Notes under the pieces: model-generated | Seen by the model: the letters and a program-made list of their open reading frames with translations, nothing else | What the model was told of the DNA's origin: nothing | Databases searched by the model: none | Position numbers and translations under genes: made by a program | NCBI GenBank assembly: GCA_020853615.1 | Contig: JADYYO010000342.1 | Location: forward strand, 3,172 to 67,171 | Source: Thermomicrobiales bacterium | Lineage (GTDB): Bacteria > Chloroflexota > Chloroflexia > Thermomicrobiales > UBA6265 | Length of the DNA stretch: 64,000 nt | Reading direction: 5' to 3' | In this document: one piece after another, positions 41,189 to 48,298 of the stretch | Numbering within the stretch: the stretch's first letter is position 1 | Layout of the letters: each line of letters opens with the position of its first letter

Positions 41189-42118
41189 CTACGGCTGGAG
41201 GCCGTAGGCGTAGTTCATCGGGATGCGCTGCTCGATCCCGTCGAACCAGACGTGGGCGCGGCCCGGGATCCGGACCTGCTTGCCCCAGCCCTTGGTGCCG
41301 GTGAAGACGTCGAAGTGCGCGCCGAAGATGCCGCCGCCGGTGTCGTTCACGGTCACCCAGCCGTCGTGGACGTCGCCGCCCGGCAGGCGGAGCCCGACGA
41401 GCTCGAGCACCCAGACCCGGGTGCCGGCCGGCACGACGCCGCCCAGGCTCGCGTAGCGATCGTCGTGCCGCGGCAGCCGGCCGTTGTCGGCGGCGACCGT
41501 GCGGAACGGCCGGCACTCGATCCCCTTGGCGCAGATCGGCCAGCCGCCGGGCCCGGGCCGCTTCACCGCGAACGTGCGGACCTGCGTCACCTGCTGGCCG
41601 CTGACCCGCAGCCCGGCGTACCCCGGCTTGTTGGGCAGCCAGCCGTTGCGCTGCGCCAGCGCCAGCACCGGCTTGTAGAGCGGGGCGTCGGCGCCGGCGT
41701 CGCGCCAGCCGCTCACGTTGATCAGCCGCCCGTCCGCGAGGATGCTCGAGCCCTCGAGCGAGGCCTCGACGAACGCGTGGGCGTTGACCGGCGCGAGCAC
41801 GTGCCCGTCGGCGCCGTAGAGCGGCACCTGGCCCGGGCCCCACGGCTGGACCATGCCCACGTGGTAGTAGGTCAACTGCCAGCGGCGCATCGACTGGATC
41901 TGCGCCGGCGCGCTGCGCTGCAGGGCCTGCGCGATCGGCGCGAGGACGTGGTCCGTCTTGGCGCCGAACCACCCGTCGGCCTCGCCGCACGCCGGGTAGT
42001 CGCGCTGGAAGCGCCGCAGGTCGTCGCGCCAGTTCTCGCCCTCGTAGTCGCCGTCCACCTCGCCGTCGTAGTAGCCCAGCTTCTGGAGTGCGGCCTGTGC
42101 CTCGGGGATGCTCAGCAT
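41189..42118 (-). CDS. peptidoglycan-binding domain + 3D (MltA/RlpA-like) domain muralytic protein
   Basis: LQKLGYYDGEVDGDYEGENWRDDLRRFQ...ADGWFGAKT; C-terminal VNDTGGGIFGAHFDVFTG. Confidence 0.75.
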   Translation of the reverse strand: MLSIPEAQAALQKLGYYDGEVDGDYEGENWRDDLRRFQRDYPACGEADGWFGAKTDHVLAPIAQALQRSAPAQIQSMRRWQLTYYHVGMVQPWGPGQVPLYGADGHVLAPVNAHAFVEASLEGSSILADGRLINVSGWRDAGADAPLYKPVLALAQRNGWLPNKPGYAGLRVSGQQVTQVRTFAVKRPGPGGWPICAKGIECRPFRTVAADNGRLPRHDDRYASLGGVVPAGTRVWVLELVGLRLPGGDVHDGWVTVNDTGGGIFGAHFDVFTGTKGWGKQVRIPGRAHVWFDGIEQRIPMNYAYGLQP

Positions 42119-42149
42119 GGCCGCGAGCGTACCCCGGGCCGGCCCGGCG

Positions 42150-42554
42150 TCACCAGTCGAACGGGAACGCGCCCTCGGCGTTGCCGTGGCGCTCGCGACC
42201 GCCGGCGGCGACGTAGCGCTCGACGTCGGCCGCCAGGTGCGCGGGCACGTCCGCCGGCGCGGCGCCTTGGCCGAGCTGGTAGGCCCAGACCCGCACCGCG
42301 CGCTCGTGCGCCGCGATCGCCGCCGGCGTCGGCGGGATCCACGGGATGCGCGACGCGGGCGCTGACGACCACCGCGGAAGCGCCAGTGGCACCGGCGGGG
42401 GAGGCTCGGGCCGGCGGGTCAGGGCGACGTACGCGGCGGCGCCGGCAAAGCCGCCCACGACCGCGGTGGCGATCGGGTGGCGGCGAAAGAAGCCGCCTAC
42501 GGCCCGGGCGACGTCGGGATCGTTCAAGAGCCCGAGCAACCCCGGCCCGCTCAT
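42150..42554 (-). CDS. membrane protein (134 aa)
   Basis: Start MSGPGLLGLLNDPDVARAV (ATGA overlap at 42551-42554); helix HPIATAVVGGFAGAAAYVAL. Confidence 0.6.
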   Translation of the reverse strand: MSGPGLLGLLNDPDVARAVGGFFRRHPIATAVVGGFAGAAAYVALTRRPEPPPPVPLALPRWSSAPASRIPWIPPTPAAIAAHERAVRVWAYQLGQGAAPADVPAHLAADVERYVAAGGRERHGNAEGAFPFDW

Positions 42555-42853
42555 CGCCGCTGGGCCGCCGCGGCCTGCGCGTTGGTGATGCGCGTGCTCC
42601 GCGCCTGCTGCTCGAGCGGCTCGATCCGGCGCGAGATCTCGGTCAGGAGCCGGATGTACGCGGGGATGTGCCCGACGTTCTTGTAGATCGAGCGCTCGGT
42701 CTTGCCGTTGCGGGTCCACTCGCGGAACACCGCGAACGAGTGCTTGCCGTCGACGGCGCGTTCGGTGATCACGCCCACCAGGCCATCGGGGTCGCGGATC
42801 TCGGCCACCACGATGAACGCGGGCGAGGGATCGTCGGGGAGAGCGTCGGGCAT
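42551..42853 (-). CDS. hypothetical protein (100 aa)
   Basis: Full ORF MPDALPDDPSPAFIVVAEIRDPDGLVGVITERAVDGKHSF... Confidence 0.7.
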   Translation of the reverse strand: MPDALPDDPSPAFIVVAEIRDPDGLVGVITERAVDGKHSFAVFREWTRNGKTERSIYKNVGHIPAYIRLLTEISRRIEPLEQQARSTRITNAQAAAAQRR

Positions 42854-42859
42854 GGTGGG

Positions 42860-43048
42860 CTACATCACCTTGTAGTGCGTCCAGTCGCCGTGGTTGCGCG
42901 GCTTGACCGAGAAGTTGTCGCCGCGCTTGAGCTTGCGCTTGCGCGGCATCTCCAGGTAGGCGCGCTTGGCGCCGTCCAGCGAGCGGGCGTTCACGGTGCT
43001 CATGCGGCCGTCGGGGCCGCGCACCAGGTACATCTCGACGGCCGACAT
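42860..43048 (-). CDS. small basic protein (62 aa)
   Basis: MSAVEMYLVRGPDGRMSTVNARSLDGAKRAYLEMPRKRKLKRGDNF...; first gene of a 3-gene minus-strand operon. Confidence 0.65.
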   Translation of the reverse strand: MSAVEMYLVRGPDGRMSTVNARSLDGAKRAYLEMPRKRKLKRGDNFSVKPRNHGDWTHYKVM

Positions 43049-43120
43049 CGGGCCATCATCCTACCACCACGTGGCGATTGCTGTCAGGTCGCACCTCGGG
43101 CCCGGGTACGATGCGCCCGC
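43049..43120. promoter_or_regulatory. 72-bp divergent promoter region (candidate genetic switch)
   Basis: Minus strand CTGACA-N18-TAGGAT (43063-43058) + 9 nt + ATG 43048. Plus strand TACGAT (43107-43112) + 8 nt + ATG 43121. Palindromes CCACGTGG (43067-43074) and CGGGCCCG. Confidence 0.45.
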
Positions 43121-43324
43121 ATGCTGTCTCCCTCCGCCAAGGCCTTCCGGCTCCAGCTCATCGCCGCCGCCCACTGCAAGGGCCTCGCGAGCGGCGTCCA
43201 CCTGTGGGTCGCCGACGACATCCCCGGCGGGGTGATCTGCGCCGGCTGCGTCGAGCGGCGCGCGCGGGCCGACGTGATCGCCAGCCCCAGCGACGACGAG
43301 CCGCTCGAGGCGACCGCGCCCTAG
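43121..43324 (+). CDS. small protein (67 aa) with CxxC
   Basis: MLSPSAKAFRLQLIAAAHCKGLASGVHLWVADDIPGGVICAGCVERR...; only the tail of tracked 690-aa ORF 41252-43324 is genuine. Confidence 0.6.
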   Translation: MLSPSAKAFRLQLIAAAHCKGLASGVHLWVADDIPGGVICAGCVERRARADVIASPSDDEPLEATAP

Positions 43325-43860
43325 CCCTCGTTCGCCGGCGCGGCCGCCGGCGGCGGCAGCTCCGGCGCCATCGACTCGCCGGTCAGCGCGACCGCGATGC
43401 AGTCGAGCCACGAGCCGTCGGTCAGCGCGCCGGCGGCGCGCGCCTCGGTCAGCCGGGTGTGCGCGAGCCGGTAGCCGCGGATCATCTTCTGATGATCGGC
43501 GACGATCGCCTCCTGCACGTAGCGGACGTCCTGCGAGGCCCCGCGGCCGGGGCGTTCGATCGTCAGCACCAGGTGGTTGGGCGCGCCGTCCGTCGATTCC
43601 GCGCCGCCGGCCATCGTCGAACACACGTACGAGGTGCCGTCGTCGAGCAGCATCGGGATCAGCGAGTTGCCGCGCAGCTCGCGCACCCGCTGCAGATCCT
43701 GCTGGTGCTTGGTGTGCTCGTCGGCCCGCGCCGCCTGCATCGCGTTCTTGAACCATGTCTCGAGCATCTCGGGGCCGAGGCCCCGGCGCAGGAACTCCTT
43801 GGCCCACGCGTGGTGGTCGGTGCAGTTGACGGTCCAGTCGGGAGTGGGAGAGGCAGTCAT
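43321..43860 (-). CDS. hypothetical protein (179 aa), last gene of integrase operon
   Basis: Full ORF MTASPTPDWTVNCTDHHAWAKEFLRRGLGPEMLETWFKN... Confidence 0.75.
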   Translation of the reverse strand: MTASPTPDWTVNCTDHHAWAKEFLRRGLGPEMLETWFKNAMQAARADEHTKHQQDLQRVRELRGNSLIPMLLDDGTSYVCSTMAGGAESTDGAPNHLVLTIERPGRGASQDVRYVQEAIVADHQKMIRGYRLAHTRLTEARAAGALTDGSWLDCIAVALTGESMAPELPPPAAAPANEG

Positions 43861-43979
43861 CGTGGCGTCCTTCGGTTGAGAGTCCAGTTTCGGTCACGCG
43901 GGCGTTCCTCGAGCTCGGCCAGCGCGACGGTTCCACAGGTCATCCACACCCTGTGGACAACCGCGATCATCACGTTCAT
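43857..43979 (-). CDS. 40-aa ORF coupled by ATGA overlaps on both sides (excisionase/RDF-sized)
   Basis: MNVMIAVVHRVWMTCGTVALAELEERPRDRNWTLNRRTPR; its ATG overlaps the int stop and its stop overlaps the next ATG. Confidence 0.4.
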   Translation of the reverse strand: MNVMIAVVHRVWMTCGTVALAELEERPRDRNWTLNRRTPR

Positions 43980-44833
43980 CGACGTTCCTCGACCGGCGGC
44001 TCGAACATGGATTCGGCGACCCGGTCGATCGCCTCGCCGCGGACGTGGTCGACGTACTGCATCGCCGTCGACAGGTTGGCCCACTGCATGTGCTCCATCA
44101 GCTTCGGGAGCGCCTCGGCGTCGCCGGCGTGGGCGCGCAGGAACGTCACCGCGTAGGTTCGACGCAGCCGGTGCGGGTGCAGCCCGTCGATCCCACACCG
44201 TCCTCCCAGCCGCTTGAGTTGGCGCTGGACCTTCCGGGCCGCGCTCTGCAGCCGCACCTCCTCGTCCTTGGACGTCGGAACGAGCAGGTGCGCGACGGTA
44301 TCCCAGCCGCGCTCGTGCGCGAGCAGCTCGAGCCACGGCTTGAACGTCTTGAGCACGGTGAACTCGAGGTAGCGCCGCCCCTTCGCAACGAACGAGAGCC
44401 GGCCCGTAACGAGCGCGCTGACGATCTGCGCGCGCTGCATCCTCAGCACGTCGGCGTCGCGGAACCCGCGGTATGCCATCAACCCGATCACCGCGCGCAT
44501 CGGCGGTGTAAGATCCTTCGCCGCCCGCACCTCGAGCATGAGCCGCTGCAGCGGCTGGGCGTCGACCGGCACTTTCTCTTTCGCGCGCCGGGGCGGCGGC
44601 AAGCGGAACTCGCCCAACGCCTCGCGCAGCGCAGGGTCCACGGCGTAGTCCGCCCAGCGGCGGGCGGCCGCCCGCACCAACCGGCGCGTCTTCGGCGCGC
44701 CCCGCTTGAGCCGCTCGATCCAGCCGCCGTCCTCGGTCGCGCGCTTCGCGTGGTGGACGTAGATCGCGACCGTGCCGGGCTGGAGCCCGAACCGCCCCAG
44801 GTAGGTGCGGAAGCCGTCGAGCGTGGTGGCCAT
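43976..44833 (-). CDS. int: tyrosine recombinase / phage integrase
   Basis: C-terminal catalytic motifs GLHPHRLRRTYAVTFL (HxLRHT-type) and LMEHMQWANLSTAMQYV (GH..x..T..Y); start MATTLDGFRTYL (a GTG at 44845 is also possible). Confidence 0.85.
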   Translation of the reverse strand: MATTLDGFRTYLGRFGLQPGTVAIYVHHAKRATEDGGWIERLKRGAPKTRRLVRAAARRWADYAVDPALREALGEFRLPPPRRAKEKVPVDAQPLQRLMLEVRAAKDLTPPMRAVIGLMAYRGFRDADVLRMQRAQIVSALVTGRLSFVAKGRRYLEFTVLKTFKPWLELLAHERGWDTVAHLLVPTSKDEEVRLQSAARKVQRQLKRLGGRCGIDGLHPHRLRRTYAVTFLRAHAGDAEALPKLMEHMQWANLSTAMQYVDHVRGEAIDRVAESMFEPPVEERR

Positions 44834-44845
44834 GTCCGAAAACAC

Positions 44846-45125
44846 CGTGCGCCGGTCTCCATGCGCTGGTCAAGGCGAGATCCCGGTCTTGACGCGGGGC
44901 GCGGACGTTGGCAGGATGACCGGGTAAGGACATCGGCTGGTCGCCATTGTCCCTGTCGCAACGCTGGCCCGGGATGTCCCCCCGGGCCAGCGCCCTTTTC
45001 GGGCCACCGTTGGCAGATCACTGAACACGCGCACCGTGCCGATCTCCCCGGGAGTGGCGACGGTTGCAGAGTTTCGGTCCGAAAAGGTTGCAACCCCGAC
45101 CCGGCTTCCGCAGGATGCGAGGCCG
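44846..45125. promoter_or_regulatory. int-adjacent noncoding region, attP/regulatory candidate
   Basis: IR GTCAAG-N13-CTTGAC (44869-44893). Direct repeats GTTGGCAG (44907, 45009) and GTTGCA (45063, 45087). Palindrome TTTCGGtCCGAAA (45072-45084). Confidence 0.45.
44964..45000 (+). terminator. 10-bp GC stem-loop followed by CGCCCTTTTC
   Basis: CTGGCCCGGG-atgtccc-CCCGGGCCAG then a T4 run. Its orientation does not match any upstream plus-strand gene, so the function is uncertain. Confidence 0.35.
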
Positions 45126-45353
45126 ATGACCGACTTCACGATCGAGACGTGGGTGGGCGGCCACCGTTGTCCGTGCGGCGGGACGGTGGAGATCGGCGTG
45201 CTCGCCGACGACACCCCGGTCCCGCCGGGCTGCCTACCGATCGTCGTTACCCACACTCTCCCGGCCTGCGACAAGTTCACGCAGCTCGAGGCGGCCGACT
45301 TCGTCTCGTACCTGGTGCGGCACCTGACCGCGCCAGCGCCGGTGCCGGCGTGA
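45126..45353 (+). CDS. small Cys-containing protein (75 aa)
   Basis: MTDFTIETWVGGHRCPCGGTVEIGVLADD... Confidence 0.6.
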   Translation: MTDFTIETWVGGHRCPCGGTVEIGVLADDTPVPPGCLPIVVTHTLPACDKFTQLEAADFVSYLVRHLTAPAPVPA

Positions 45354-45568
45354 GCGCGCCCCTGCGCGGCGTGCCGCTGCTCGTGTCGGTGGTGACGTCG
45401 ATGTTTGCGCCACCGCCGCTGCGCGAGGCATTGCTGCAGCGCTCGGCGTGCAAACGCCTGCAGGAGATGGCGGAGGGCAATCCTGCGCTCGTCACGCTCC
45501 TTGGCGGCGTGATCGCCGAGCATCTGGCCGCGCACCACCTCGACGAGATCGGACTGCCCCGATGGTGA
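45350..45568 (+). CDS. hypothetical small protein (72 aa)
   Basis: GTGA overlap; VSAPLRGVPLLVSVVTSMFAPPPLREALLQRS... Confidence 0.5.
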   Translation: MSAPLRGVPLLVSVVTSMFAPPPLREALLQRSACKRLQEMAEGNPALVTLLGGVIAEHLAAHHLDEIGLPRW

Positions 45569-45993
45569 ACATGAACGCGATGATGAGCGCGATGACGGTG
45601 CTTGGGATGGTTGACGGCCCCGAGTTGCTGGTGACGTACGACGGCCACCGCCCGCTCGCGGTGGTCGCGCCGCTTTGCCCGATCACGACCACGACCCGCG
45701 CGCTCTACGACCGCACGCTCTACGACCGCACGCTCGTGGTCGACGCGATCGCGCGCCCCCGGCCGCAGGTGCTGCCCACCGCCGTGCTGATGGCGGCCGC
45801 GTTGGCGTCGACGCCGACCGACATCCTGCCTCGGCGGCAGGGCGGGCTCGATCCGCACCTTGATCGCCGCCACGCGATCGAGGCGGCACGCAAGGCCGAG
45901 GCGCCGGCTCAGCCGAGCGCGCCTGGCGCCGGCGTGGGCGTCAGCGAGGCGCGCCGGCGGCGCCGGGCCGCGAAGCGCAAGAGGGGGTTCTAG
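45565..45993 (+). CDS. hypothetical protein (142 aa) with basic C-terminus
   Basis: GTGA overlap; VNMNAMMSAMTVLGMVDGPELLVTYDG...; ends EARRRRRAAKRKRGF. Confidence 0.55.
   Translation: MNMNAMMSAMTVLGMVDGPELLVTYDGHRPLAVVAPLCPITTTTRALYDRTLYDRTLVVDAIARPRPQVLPTAVLMAAALASTPTDILPRRQGGLDPHLDRRHAIEAARKAEAPAQPSAPGAGVGVSEARRRRRAAKRKRGF
45702..45735 (+). repeat. 15-bp tandem repeat GCTCTACGACCGCAC x2.3 (encodes LYDRT-LYDRT)
   Basis: Read directly at 45702-45735. Confidence 0.85.
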
Positions 45994-46301
45994 TGGAGTC
46001 GCTTGCCCAGCAGCTGCGGGACACCGTCCGCAAGGGCCTCCCCATCCACCAGCGGATCGAGCTCGAGCGCCACCTGGCCGGGCTGTCGGGCTCGCACTGC
46101 GCGCGCGCGATCGGCTGGTCGCACACGCTCTGGCAAGAGCTCGAGGCCGGCCAGCGGGAGCCCCGCCACGAGGAGCTGCCGCGGATCGCCAAGATCCTAG
46201 GGATCAGCGTCCGCCGGCTGACCGGCGGCCACGCCAAGAAGACGCCCGGCTGGAAGCCGATCGGCCGGCCCCGCACCCGCAAGGCGATCACCGCGGCATG
46301 A
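45993..46301 (+). CDS. XRE/Cro-CI-type helix-turn-helix regulator
   Basis: GTG overlapping the TAG stop; LSGSHCARAIGWSHTLWQELEAGQREPRHEELPRIAKILGISVRRL. Confidence 0.7.
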   Translation: MESLAQQLRDTVRKGLPIHQRIELERHLAGLSGSHCARAIGWSHTLWQELEAGQREPRHEELPRIAKILGISVRRLTGGHAKKTPGWKPIGRPRTRKAITAA

Positions 46302-47203
46302 GCGAAGGCAAGTACACCAAGGTGGGCACCGCGCTGTTCGCGTGGGAGCCCTACCTGGCCGTCCGGCGCGAGAGTTCGGATGCCGCGCACCTGTGGCTCG
46401 CGCTCTACGCGTCCGCGCCCGCGAAGCTGCTCATCCCCGGCCTCTGGATGGGCGGCGTGGGCACGATGGCCGACGCGAGCCGCCTGACGTTCCACGAGTG
46501 CGTCCACGCGCTCGACCTGCTGTGCGAGCGCGGTCTGGCCGAGTTCGACCCCAAGACCCAGTTGCTGCGCCTGACGGCCCTGCCCGACAAGAGCGAGGCC
46601 GCGCCCAACCAGGCCTGCCTGCTCGGCTGGTGGAGCCGCCGGCAGGGCCTGCCCGACTGCGGTGTCCGCGAACGCCACCTCGACCTGATGGCGTGGTTGA
46701 CCCTGCCGATCAAGCCCTCGAAGCGCTCCACCGGGCTCGAGATGCAGCGCGCCTGGGACAACACCTGGGGCGCGGCACTGCACGCTCGTGCAGGTCTTTC
46801 CTTCCCAGCTTCTCAGGTTCCGGTTCTGGGTGCCGCAAAACCAAACCAGCTCGACCTGTTGTCCAGCCCACCAAATCGAGACGGTGGGGGGGACCGTCAG
46901 GGGGACGGTCGGGGGGACCGTCCGGAAGAGGTAGAGGTATTGGTAGAGGAGAGAGGGAGAGGTGCAGGAGAGGGAGACCCGGACCACCGGCTCTGGGCGG
47001 CCGTCCTGGCGTCCGCCTCGGAGGGCATCACGGTCCAGAACTTCGACATGTGGCTGGCGCCGCTCCAGTGCCAGCGCGAGGACACCCAGCTCCGGGTGAT
47101 CGCCCCGTCCGAGTTCCACGCGCAGTGGGTGAAGAACAACTACCTGCGCCAGCTGCAAGCCGCCGTCGACCAGCAGGCCCCGGGCCTGCGCATCGCCATC
47201 TGA
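46298..47203 (+). CDS. replication initiator-like protein with DnaA-domain-I-like C-terminus
   Basis: ATGA overlap. C-terminus LWAAVLASASEGITVQNFDMWLAPLQCQREDTQLRVIAPSEFHAQWVKNNYLRQLQAAV matches the DnaA N-terminal domain pattern. Low-GC3 linker carries DNA repeats. Confidence 0.65.
   Translation: MSEGKYTKVGTALFAWEPYLAVRRESSDAAHLWLALYASAPAKLLIPGLWMGGVGTMADASRLTFHECVHALDLLCERGLAEFDPKTQLLRLTALPDKSEAAPNQACLLGWWSRRQGLPDCGVRERHLDLMAWLTLPIKPSKRSTGLEMQRAWDNTWGAALHARAGLSFPASQVPVLGAAKPNQLDLLSSPPNRDGGGDRQGDGRGDRPEEVEVLVEERGRGAGEGDPDHRLWAAVLASASEGITVQNFDMWLAPLQCQREDTQLRVIAPSEFHAQWVKNNYLRQLQAAVDQQAPGLRIAI
46885..46922 (+). repeat. three tandem ~12-bp iteron-like repeats GGGGG(G)ACSGTC, followed by purine-rich lower-GC tract to ~46975
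   Basis: GGGGGGGACCGTC A GGGGGACGGTC GGGGGGACCGTC, then GAAGAGGTAGAGGTATTGGTAGAGGAGAGAGGGAGAGG. Confidence 0.7.
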
Positions 47204-47225
47204 CCAGCCACGAAAGGGACATCCA

Positions 47226-48293
47226 ATGAACGAGACCGACCAGCGCCATCCCGTCAACAGCATCGTCGCGACCGACCACGAGATCCACATCCGCCTCGGC
47301 GGGCTGGCGGTGGCGATCCGCCTTGGCGCAGACGCCACCGACACCGCGGTGATCAACGAGGATCTGTACCTGCCGCTCTACAGCGTGGTTTCGCGCGAGA
47401 TCGCGAAGCGCATCAAGCTTGATGGCAAGTGGCCACAGCGCTTCCGTGAGTTCTTCGAGGCCGACCCCGAGTTCATCAGGAGCTTCGGCGGCGCCATCGA
47501 CGCCTCGATCGCCACCGCTGCCGCGAATGCGCCAGCGACCGACGATGAGCTTGCGGCGCTGTTGCGCGGCGAGAGCCTTCCGCGCGGACGGCGCGTGCTG
47601 GTGATGCAGGCGGCGCTGATCCGGCTCGAGTGGCGGCTCGGGGAGCAGTTGCCGCCGCAGATGCGCGAGATCGGGGCGCGCCTCGAGTCGCTGGAGCGCA
47701 ACATCCAGCAGCTCCGGTCGAACGTCGACGCCAACCTGACGACGCGGATCAGCAAGCTCGAGAGCGACATCACGGCGCTCAAGGTGCAGAAGGGCCACCA
47801 AGGCGACGTCAACGCCGAGCACAAAAAGGCCATCTCCGAGCTCTCGGTCGCGGTCGCCGGCCTCGATCGGGCGGCGCCGCCCGAGCTGGCGTCGCTCGTC
47901 GAGCTGGTGACCGGCCAGCAGGACCAGATCGACAAGCTGCAGGCGATGCTCGAGCCGCGCATCCCCGCCGGTGTGGTCGACGGGCGCCCGGTCGCCGGCC
48001 CGGAGATCGGGATCGCGCTCGACGGCGAGATCGCGCGGGCGATCGACCGCCAGGATCTCGCGACCCGCACGCACGTCGACGAGGCGGTCCGCAGGCTGGC
48101 CGCGACGATCCGCCAGTACGTCCGCGACCAGGTCCAGCAGGCGCTGCGCCGCCGGCCCTCGGCGCTCCGCCGCGTCTGGGACGCGCTCGCCGATCGCGGC
48201 GCGCCGTCCGCGCCCGCACCCGCGCAGGAGCCGGCGGCGGTTCCGCCGGCGATCGCCGAGCTGGCCGAGCAGGCGCTCCGGCGGGGGCGGTGA
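47226..48293 (+). CDS. coiled-coil protein (355 aa)
   Basis: Full ORF MNETDQRHPVNSIVATDHEIHIRLGG...; central heptad-like region (LESLERNIQQLRSNVDANLTTRISKLESDITALK). Confidence 0.75.
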   Translation: MNETDQRHPVNSIVATDHEIHIRLGGLAVAIRLGADATDTAVINEDLYLPLYSVVSREIAKRIKLDGKWPQRFREFFEADPEFIRSFGGAIDASIATAAANAPATDDELAALLRGESLPRGRRVLVMQAALIRLEWRLGEQLPPQMREIGARLESLERNIQQLRSNVDANLTTRISKLESDITALKVQKGHQGDVNAEHKKAISELSVAVAGLDRAAPPELASLVELVTGQQDQIDKLQAMLEPRIPAGVVDGRPVAGPEIGIALDGEIARAIDRQDLATRTHVDEAVRRLAATIRQYVRDQVQQALRRRPSALRRVWDALADRGAPSAPAPAQEPAAVPPAIAELAEQALRRGR

Positions 48294-48298
48294 CCCCG

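Noticed and set aside
44846-45125. tRNA or tmRNA fragment next to the integrase (common attachment target)
   Set aside because: I found no cloverleaf, no GTTCRANYC T-loop-like sequence and no acceptor-stem pairing by eye. The only strong structure is a simple 10-bp hairpin. A tRNAscan run would settle this.
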